The notes below the pieces were generated by a model. That model did no database searches, was not told the DNA's origin, and saw nothing but the letters and a program-made list of their open reading frames with translations. A stretch of DNA of 25,890 nucleotides from a virus. The stretch is taken from UHGV virus genome UHGV-0135394; one strand, given 5' to 3'. Shown here one piece after another: positions 20,393 to 25,890 of this stretch (position 1 is the stretch's first letter; each line of letters opens with the position of its first letter). A program made the translations under genes and the position numbers.

Positions 20393-20535
20393 ATAGCCTT
20401 GCTCAAATTGGAGTCAAGTTTGTGCCAATACCAGTAGAAACAGACGAAGAATTTCATACGTTAGCCGCATCCCTTTCACAAAAGCTGGAAATGATGGTGG
20501 CGAAAGCAGAAGCAGATGAGAGAGACCAGGTATGA
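20344..20535 (+). CDS. Small early-operon protein (63 aa), acidic
   Basis: SD GAGGGG 5 nt upstream of ATG; first gene of a plus-strand operon pointing toward int; stop overlaps next start (ATGA). Confidence 0.55.
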   Translation: MHKASPVELRTSIEMAHSLAQIGVKFVPIPVETDEEFHTLAASLSQKLEMMVAKAEADERDQV

Positions 20536-20615
20536 CAACCACGGAATGCATTTTTCTGGCAGCGGGCTTCATATTTTGTGTGCTTATGCTTGCCGACATG
20601 GGACTTGTTCAATGA
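20532..20615 (+). CDS. Candidate 27-aa hydrophobic micro-protein (MTTTECIFLAAGFIFCVLMLADMGLVQ)
   Basis: Found by manual reading; ATGA overlaps at both ends couple it to the genes on either side; single predicted TM helix; below ORF-track cutoff. Confidence 0.35.
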   Translation: MTTTECIFLAAGFIFCVLMLADMGLVQ

Positions 20616-20827
20616 CACCTCAGCAAGAAAACGCCCTTCGCAGCATTGCCCGTCTGGCTAACTCTGAAATCAAAAAAGCCAGACAGCAGTTTCCGGATAA
20701 AAACGTCGATGACATTTGCCGTAGCGTACTGAAGAAGCACCGCGAAACGGTAACGCTGATGGGATTCACACCGACTCATTTAAGCCAGGCGATCGGCATG
20801 TTAAACGGCGTCTTTAAGGAGCGATGA
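20612..20827 (+). CDS. Small early-operon protein (71 aa); start at internal Met of the 103-aa ORF
   Basis: ATG at 20612 is translationally coupled to the preceding micro-ORF; the upstream part of the ORF-track frame overlaps two other genes. Confidence 0.55.
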   Translation: MTPQQENALRSIARLANSEIKKARQQFPDKNVDDICRSVLKKHRETVTLMGFTPTHLSQAIGMLNGVFKER

Positions 20828-20848
20828 ACATGAAGAGCAAAATCATCA

Positions 20849-20873
20849 GGGAGCTACAGGCTCCTTTTTTATT
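20849..20873 (+). terminator. Short GC hairpin plus U6 tract inside the early operon (attenuator or sRNA 3' end candidate)
   Basis: GGAGC-UACAG-GCUCC (20850..20864) followed by UUUUUUAUU (20865..20873). Confidence 0.4.
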
Positions 20874-20925
20874 GTTCGCATTCACCCTCAAGCGTATTAA
20901 CCAACAATTCAGGGATTAATGGAAG

Positions 20926-21147
20926 ATGGCAGACATCATTGATTCAGCATCAGAAATTGAAGAATTACAGCGCAACACAGCAATAAAAATGCGCCGCCTG
21001 AACCACCAGGCTATATCTGCCACTCATTGTTGTGAGTGTGGCGATCCCATAGATGAACGAAGACGCCTGGTCGTTCAGGGTTGTCGGACTTGTGCAAGTT
21101 GCCAGGAGGATCTGGAGCTTATCAGTAAACAGAGAGGTTCGAAGTGA
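20926..21147 (+). CDS. C4 zinc-finger protein, TraR/DksA-like (73 aa)
   Basis: CCECGDPI...(16 residues)...CRTCASC four-cysteine motif near C-terminus; SD-like GGAAG upstream. Confidence 0.6.
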   Translation: MADIIDSASEIEELQRNTAIKMRRLNHQAISATHCCECGDPIDERRRLVVQGCRTCASCQEDLELISKQRGSK

Positions 21148-21560
21148 GCGAAATTAACTCTCAGGCACTGCGTGAGGCGGCAGTAGCAATTGAAACAGTA
21201 GCAACGCCTCAAAAATTGCTGGCATTTCGTATGAAAGTCACACCTCAGGTTGTGCTGGCACTGCTGGATGAACGGGAAAGAAACCAGCAATACATCAAAC
21301 GCCGCGACCAAGAGAACGAGGATATTGCGTTAACGGTAGGGAAGTTGCGCGTTGAGCTTGAGGCAGAAAAACAGCGGGCAAAGGATCTGTTTATGGAAAA
21401 TGCTCGGCTTAAGTCAGGTATAGCCGGTCTGATACACCTCGGTATTCGATATGCAGATGTTGAGGTCATGAGAATTGCTGGAGATGCCCAGCTTTCTACC
21501 CCATGCACTGACAGCATCATAAACAGCATTGCAACAGGCATTCGCATCAAAGGAGAGTGA
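21144..21560 (+). CDS. Ea22-like early-region protein (138 aa), GTG start
   Basis: Motif LLDERERNQQYIKRRDQENEDIALTVGKLRVELE is characteristic of lambdoid Ea22-family proteins; SD AGAGAGG 6 nt upstream; start overlaps previous stop. Confidence 0.7.
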   Translation: MSEINSQALREAAVAIETVATPQKLLAFRMKVTPQVVLALLDERERNQQYIKRRDQENEDIALTVGKLRVELEAEKQRAKDLFMENARLKSGIAGLIHLGIRYADVEVMRIAGDAQLSTPCTDSIINSIATGIRIKGE

Positions 21561-21561
21561 T

Positions 21562-22230
21562 ATGAGCGCTATAACCAAAGAACGTATCAAATTATTCATT
21601 AAAAATCCGCTTGATAACGGACTTACTCGTGGCGAACAAATGGAACTGGCACGAATTGCACTGGCATCACTGGAACGCGAACAGATTCGCCACGAGCATG
21701 CCAAATGGTCTGACTCCACATTTGGCTGCGTTGGCCCCATTGGTCCGCTGAAACATCTCTCAAAAGAGGCACTGGAAGCCGCAGCCGAACCAGACGATCT
21801 TAGCGAGTGGGCTGATATGCAGTTTCTGTTGTGGGATGCACAGCGCCGTGCTGGCATCAGCGATGCTGAAATTACCGCTGCTATGGAAGATAAATTGAAG
21901 ATCAACATGGAGCGCCAGTGGCCTGAGCCAAAAGATGGTGAGCCTCGCTTGCACATTAAAGAACCCGGCAACTATCCGGTAACTCCGGATGGTTGGATAA
22001 GCTGTAGTGAGCGAATGCCAGAAATGGGAGAGCGACAATGCTATGTGTTAGCAGCTGACTTTAAAAACAACTACCCACCAAACATCCCCAACACTCAGGT
22101 CGGCGTATATGGCGACTGGTTTAATGATGGCAATCCAACTTGGGATGACGGTGATGGCGAAGACCTGTATCTCAAAGAGGTAACCCACTGGATGCCTCTA
22201 CCAGAACCGCCTCGATTAAAGGAGCTATAA
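21562..22230 (+). CDS. DUF551-type early-region protein (222 aa); start at internal ATG with SD
   Basis: C-terminal ...VTHWMPLPEPP signature of DUF551 domains common in lambdoid ea regions; SD AGGAGA at 21551..21556. Confidence 0.7.
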   Translation: MSAITKERIKLFIKNPLDNGLTRGEQMELARIALASLEREQIRHEHAKWSDSTFGCVGPIGPLKHLSKEALEAAAEPDDLSEWADMQFLLWDAQRRAGISDAEITAAMEDKLKINMERQWPEPKDGEPRLHIKEPGNYPVTPDGWISCSERMPEMGERQCYVLAADFKNNYPPNIPNTQVGVYGDWFNDGNPTWDDGDGEDLYLKEVTHWMPLPEPPRLKEL

Positions 22231-22344
22231 TAGTGAACTATTATATCTATTTGTATTAAAAGAGTTTTTATAAAATAAATCTTCCAAAGCATGTAAAAAC
22301 ACTGTTAATCTTAACGTGTGTGAAACGTGAAGAGAGGTGTTGAA

Positions 22345-22626
22345 ATGAGCATTCATGATTTGTGTGAAGATCAAGAGCAATGGGCTATGCAGACCCTTAT
22401 GGGATCAGGAGTTCTTGCAAGGTGCAGAATCCATAACGATGTAATTTTAGACAGCGGAAATGATGCTTCTTCTGCTTATAAATTAGGAACTTACCTATAT
22501 CAAAAAGATAATAGCTGCAACTTATTCAATACTCTTACTGAAGCCCGCGACGCAATAAAGGATGCATATGAATCGTATTGTGGGATTGATGATTGCCCAC
22601 AATGCTCAAAATACATTGACGATTAA
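22345..22626 (+). CDS. Hypothetical Cys-containing moron protein (93 aa) in AT-rich island
   Basis: SD AGAGAGG 7 nt upstream of ATG 22345; region 22230..22900 is visibly AT-rich relative to flanks; followed by hairpin terminator(s). Confidence 0.55.
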   Translation: MSIHDLCEDQEQWAMQTLMGSGVLARCRIHNDVILDSGNDASSAYKLGTYLYQKDNSCNLFNTLTEARDAIKDAYESYCGIDDCPQCSKYIDD

Positions 22627-22646
22627 TAATATGAACAAGTAACTAT

Positions 22647-22700
22647 CCTCGCACTCGCGGGGATTTCTTTTATCTGAACTCGCTACGGCGAGTTTTGTTT
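22647..22700 (+). terminator. Two tandem hairpins with U-tracts after the 93-aa moron gene
   Basis: CCUCGC-ACUC-GCGGGG + AUUUCUUUUAU (22647..22673) and GAACUCGC-UACG-GCGAGUUU + UGUUUUAU (22676..22702). Confidence 0.45.
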
Positions 22701-22714
22701 TATGGAGATGATAA

Positions 22715-22882
22715 ATGCACTTCCGAGTCACAGGTGAATGGAATGGAGAGCCATTCAACAGAGTTATCGAAGCAGAGAACATCAATGACTGCTATGACCA
22801 CTGGATGCTATGGGCGCAGATAGCACATGCAGACATAACCAATATTCGAATTGAAGAACTGAAAGAACACCAAGCCGCCTGA
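22715..22882 (+). CDS. Hypothetical small protein (55 aa)
   Basis: GGAG SD 7 nt upstream of ATG; stop lies inside a terminator hairpin; below ORF-track cutoff, found by manual reading. Confidence 0.45.
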   Translation: MHFRVTGEWNGEPFNRVIEAENINDCYDHWMLWAQIAHADITNIRIEELKEHQAA

Positions 22883-22897
22883 TGGCGGTTTATTTTT
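22874..22897 (+). terminator. Intrinsic terminator between moron cassette and alpA-like gene
   Basis: GCCGCC-UGAU-GGCGGU stem-loop followed by UUAUUUUU. Confidence 0.5.
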
Positions 22898-22912
22898 GCC
22901 TGGAGAATTAAG

Positions 22913-23104
22913 ATGACCGATACCAGCCTGATTCCTGAGAAAGAAGTGATGAACAAGCTCGGTGTTTCATCACGTCAGACAATCTGGAACTATACCAAAC
23001 GGCACGGATTTCCGAAGCCAGTCAGAACCCACCCCAAATCATACCTTCGTGAAGCTGTTGAAGGGTGGATTCTTAACGGTGGCGTTAATCAGAAATGCTC
23101 CTGA
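22913..23104 (+). CDS. AlpA/excisionase-family HTH protein (63 aa)
   Basis: Short HTH-like protein adjacent to a P4-type integrase; 3' end overlaps the integrase 3' end by 20 bp on the opposite strand. Confidence 0.7.
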   Translation: MTDTSLIPEKEVMNKLGVSSRQTIWNYTKRHGFPKPVRTHPKSYLREAVEGWILNGGVNQKCS

Positions 23105-24263
23105 TGTGCCAGAACAATTTATCAGCGTGAAGCTCATACGCTTTGCGCTGAGCCTCTATCCAGTCGTGTTTATTGTATACGGACATTATCCCGCCAAGTT
23201 CATGACCGAGCATTCGCTCAGTAACATGAGGCTCGACATTCATCTCGGACAGACGTGTAACAAGCGTTCTTCTGAAATCATGTGTTCGCCAGTAACCCAG
23301 ATCCATCCCTCCCCTTATTCGATTTACGAATCGGTTGGCTGCAGCGATGCTGATCGGTTTGTTTATGTCTTCTCCAGGGAAAAGAACATCATTGTACGTT
23401 GTCATGGCCTTTTCGAGGAAAGGCTTAATTTGTTCGAAGATTGGACGGCGGATAACATTACCCATCTTGCTATGCTCTTTCGGTACGGTCCATACGTTGT
23501 CCAGCAGGTCAAACTCTGTCTTTGTTGCCAGCCTAAGCTCTGAGAGCCTCGCCCCCCACAGCATAAGCATCTGATGAAGGAGCTTATTTGACGTAGACGC
23601 ACGGCTTCTTTCAATAGCAAGCCAAATCTTAGCCAGTTCGTGATACGACAGTACCCGATCCCCTACCTCAGCGCGGGAGCCGAAGTCCCTTGGTTGGATG
23701 CTCATAATTGCGCAACTATCTATCAACTGACGCCGCATGCACCAACTTATTGCTGATCTTAGTTGACTTAGCACCTGCCTTGCTCGGCGTGGATTATCTC
23801 TTTCTTCTTCGGTAAGCAGGTCAACCCATTGCTTAACCGTGATAGAAGATGCCGGACGATTAGGAAAGGCGTCATGCATGCGCTTCATAACCGTTGATCG
23901 GTAAAGTGCCTGGGTCTTTTCTCTGAGAGTTGTAGAGACGTAGTTGTCGAACCAGTAGTCGAGACACTGGGCGACCGTCATGGAGTTCTCCACCTTCTCT
24001 TCAAAATAAGTGCGTGGATCCGTTCCTGAGAAATAGAGCTTTCGCAAGTCAGCAGTGATCTGTCTGGCATCCTTCAAAGACAGGGATGGGTATCGACCAA
24101 GCCCAAGTCGATTAGGCTTGCCATGCCAGCGATAGCGGTACTGGAACTGGATGACCCCCTTCGGTGAAATTCGTACGCTGAGGCCATCGGCATCAGCCAC
24201 TTCTTGTGGGCCAGAATATGGTTTACCATAAATAGTACGCAGTTTTGTGTCGCTTATAGCCAT
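23085..24263 (-). CDS. int: Tyrosine site-specific integrase, P4-type with N-terminal arm-binding domain (392 aa)
   Basis: N-terminal DUF4102-like domain (...GLSVRISPKGVIQFQYRYRWHGKPNRLGLGRYPSLSLKDAR); catalytic signature HDFRRT ... LGHELGG ... SVY near C-terminus; located at the prophage-host junction. Confidence 0.92.
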   Translation of the reverse strand: MAISDTKLRTIYGKPYSGPQEVADADGLSVRISPKGVIQFQYRYRWHGKPNRLGLGRYPSLSLKDARQITADLRKLYFSGTDPRTYFEEKVENSMTVAQCLDYWFDNYVSTTLREKTQALYRSTVMKRMHDAFPNRPASSITVKQWVDLLTEEERDNPRRARQVLSQLRSAISWCMRRQLIDSCAIMSIQPRDFGSRAEVGDRVLSYHELAKIWLAIERSRASTSNKLLHQMLMLWGARLSELRLATKTEFDLLDNVWTVPKEHSKMGNVIRRPIFEQIKPFLEKAMTTYNDVLFPGEDINKPISIAAANRFVNRIRGGMDLGYWRTHDFRRTLVTRLSEMNVEPHVTERMLGHELGGIMSVYNKHDWIEAQRKAYELHADKLFWHIRSISD

Positions 24264-24273
24264 AAATAATATT

Positions 24274-24315
24274 TGGTACGCTCAGAAATAATGGTTTGGT
24301 ACACATCTGGTACAC
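24274..24315. repeat. Three direct copies of TGGTAC(G/A)C in the int-sbcB intergenic region
   Basis: Copies at 24274..24281, 24297..24304 and 24308..24315 (spacing 23 and 11 bp), immediately upstream of the int start; candidate arm-type or regulatory binding sites. Confidence 0.45.
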
Positions 24316-24444
24316 AATATCACATGGACAACAGCGCACAGTAAACAACTATATTTGACGTTCGTAGACATACTCAGGTGAAAAAATGGTTGTTTTTCGA
24401 GTCATAACAGACAGTTAATTAACTACAGTGGACAATGCTAGACA

Positions 24445-25890
24445 ATGACAGGCACAGATAAACAACCTACCTTCCTCTTTCACGATTACGAAACCTTTGG
24501 CACGCACCCCGCGTTAGATCGCCCTGCACAGTTCGCAGCCATTCGCACCGATGACGAATTCAATGTCATCGGCGAACCCGAAGTCTTTTACTGCAAGCCC
24601 GCGGATGACTATTTACCCCAGCCTGGAGCAGTATTAATTACCGGTATTACCCCGCAGGAGGCACGAGCGAAAGGAGAAAACGAAGCCGCGTTTGCCGCCC
24701 GTATTCACTCGCTTTTTACCGTACCGAAGACCTGTATTCTGGGCTACAACAATGTGCGTTTCGACGACGAAGTCACACGCAACGTTTTTTATCGTAATTT
24801 CTACGATCCTTACGCCTGGAGCTGGCAGCATGATAACTCGCGCTGGGATTTACTGGATGTTATGCGTGCCTGTTATGCCCTGCGCCCGGAAGGAATAAAT
24901 TGGCCTGAAAATGATGACGGTCTACCGAGCTTTCGCCTTGAGCATTTAACCAAAGCGAATGGTATTGAACATAGCAACGCCCACGATGCGATGGCTGATG
25001 TGTACGCCACTATTGCGATGGCAAAACTGGTAAAAACGCGTCAGCCACGCCTGTTTGATTATCTCTTTACCCATCGTAATAAACACAAACTAATGGCGTT
25101 GATTGATGTTCCTCAGATGAAACCCCTGGTTCACGTTTCCGGAATGTTTGGGGCATGGCGCGGCAATACAAGCTGGGTGGCACCGCTGGCGTGGCATCCT
25201 GAAAATCGCAATGCCGTAATTATGGTGGATTTGGCAGGAGACATTTCGCCATTACTGGAGCTGGATAGCGACACATTGCGCGAGCGTTTATATACCGCAA
25301 AAGCCGATCTTGGCGATAACGCCGCCGTTCCGGTTAAGCTGGTACATATCAATAAATGTCCGGTACTGGCCCAGGCGAATACGCTACGCCCGGAAGATGC
25401 CGACCGACTGGGAATTAATCGTCAGCATTGCCTCGATAACCTAAAAATTCTGCGTGAAAATCCGCAAGTGCGTGAAAAAGTGGTAGCGATATTCGTGGAA
25501 GCCGAACCGTTTACACCTTCAGATAATGTGGATGCACAGCTTTATAACGGCTTTTTCAGTGACGCCGATCGTGCAGCAATGAAAATTGTGCTGGAAACCG
25601 AGCCGCGTAATTTACCGGCACTGGATATCACTTTTGTTGATAAACGAATTGAAAAGCTGTTGTTCAATTATCGGGCGCGCAACTTCCCGGGGACGCTGGA
25701 TTATGCCGAGCAGCAACGCTGGCTGGAGCACCGCCGCCAGGTCTTCACGCCAGAGTTTTTACAAGGCTATGCAGAAGAGATTCAGATGCTGGCGCAGCAG
25801 TATGCCGACGATAAAGAAAAAGTGGCGCTGTTAAAAGCGCTTTGGCAGTACGCGGACAAAAGCAGCACTGGCAGAAATGGCCAGCGGCGA
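24445..25890 (+). CDS. sbcB: Exodeoxyribonuclease I (3'-to-5' ssDNA exonuclease), 3'-partial at window end
   Basis: Translation from ATG 24445 (MTGTDKQPTFLFHDYETFGTHPALDRPAQFAAIRTD...) is near-identical to enterobacterial ExoI over about 470 residues; ORF runs to the window end without a stop. Confidence 0.93.
   Translation, partial: MTGTDKQPTFLFHDYETFGTHPALDRPAQFAAIRTDDEFNVIGEPEVFYCKPADDYLPQPGAVLITGITPQEARAKGENEAAFAARIHSLFTVPKTCILGYNNVRFDDEVTRNVFYRNFYDPYAWSWQHDNSRWDLLDVMRACYALRPEGINWPENDDGLPSFRLEHLTKANGIEHSNAHDAMADVYATIAMAKLVKTRQPRLFDYLFTHRNKHKLMALIDVPQMKPLVHVSGMFGAWRGNTSWVAPLAWHPENRNAVIMVDLAGDISPLLELDSDTLRERLYTAKADLGDNAAVPVKLVHINKCPVLAQANTLRPEDADRLGINRQHCLDNLKILRENPQVREKVVAIFVEAEPFTPSDNVDAQLYNGFFSDADRAAMKIVLETEPRNLPALDITFVDKRIEKLLFNYRARNFPGTLDYAEQQRWLEHRRQVFTPEFLQGYAEEIQMLAQQYADDKEKVALLKALWQYADKSSTGRNGQRR

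Larger units (their letters stand above)
1..24444. mobile_element. Integrated mosaic lambdoid prophage (P22/Sf6-type morphogenesis, lambda-type Q and lysis, P4-type integrase); left part continues beyond window start
   Basis: Contiguous phage gene order int / accessory operon / nin-Q / lysis / terminase-portal-scaffold-coat-ejection; right boundary placed between int start (24263) and sbcB start (24445). Confidence 0.85.

Noticed and set aside
20516-20611. N-terminal 32 codons of ORF 20516..20827
   Set aside because: They overlap two other genes in different frames; the internal ATG at 20612 is translationally coupled and gives a compact 71-aa product.
20824-20925. Identity with the known DicF sRNA
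   Set aside because: The sequence does not match my recollection of DicF; only the operon position and hairpin plus U-tract are analogous, so it is reported as a candidate novel sRNA or attenuator.
21414-21971. 185-aa minus-strand ORF and neighbouring minus ORFs (21245..21550, 21760..22038)
   Set aside because: Antisense to the Ea22-like and DUF551 genes, Ser/Cys-rich low-complexity translations, no SD; judged to be frame artefacts.
24264-24444. tRNA gene at the integration site (expected for many P4-type integrases)
   Set aside because: No cloverleaf-compatible sequence (acceptor stem, T-loop GTTC-type motif) could be discerned by eye; the junction appears to be at sbcB itself.
1-25890. 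CRISPR arrays, IS elements/transposases, rRNA genes
   Set aside because: No regularly spaced direct repeats, terminal inverted repeats flanking a transposase-like ORF, or rRNA-like sequence was seen; the only tandem repeat is the 33-bp hexamer array at 7777..7809.

Overview
This window is almost entirely the host-proximal part of an integrated, mosaic lambdoid prophage next to the host exonuclease I gene (sbcB, 24445..window end, + strand). Calls rest on reading the supplied translations and the DNA by eye; no database search was run. From the host junction inward: a P4-type tyrosine integrase (23085..24263, -) converging on an AlpA/excisionase-like gene; a plus-strand accessory operon of small, translationally coupled genes (20344..22882) that includes an AT-rich moron cassette; then one long minus-strand block made of a nin-region operon (ybcO-like, rusA, ninH), a lambda-type Q antiterminator with pR'/6S/tR', lambda-type lysis genes (S, R, Rz/Rz1), a KilA-N/small-ORF accessory cluster, and a complete P22/Sf6-type morphogenesis module (small and large terminase, portal, scaffold, coat, gp4, gp10, tail needle, gp14-like, three ejection proteins). 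At the far left a small AT-rich two-TM membrane protein gene (119..346, +) converges on the last ejection-protein gene. The main observations are: (1) no repressor/cro, N, recombination or O/P replication module exists anywhere between int and the nin genes, so the element looks like a replication- and immunity-deficient but packaging- and lysis-competent prophage; (2) a DicB-operon-like cluster of coupled mini-ORFs with an internal hairpin; (3) two AT-rich moron loci in the classic accessory positions; (4) a possibly rebuilt sbcB 5' end at the prophage junction. No rRNA, tRNA, CRISPR array or IS element was recognised.
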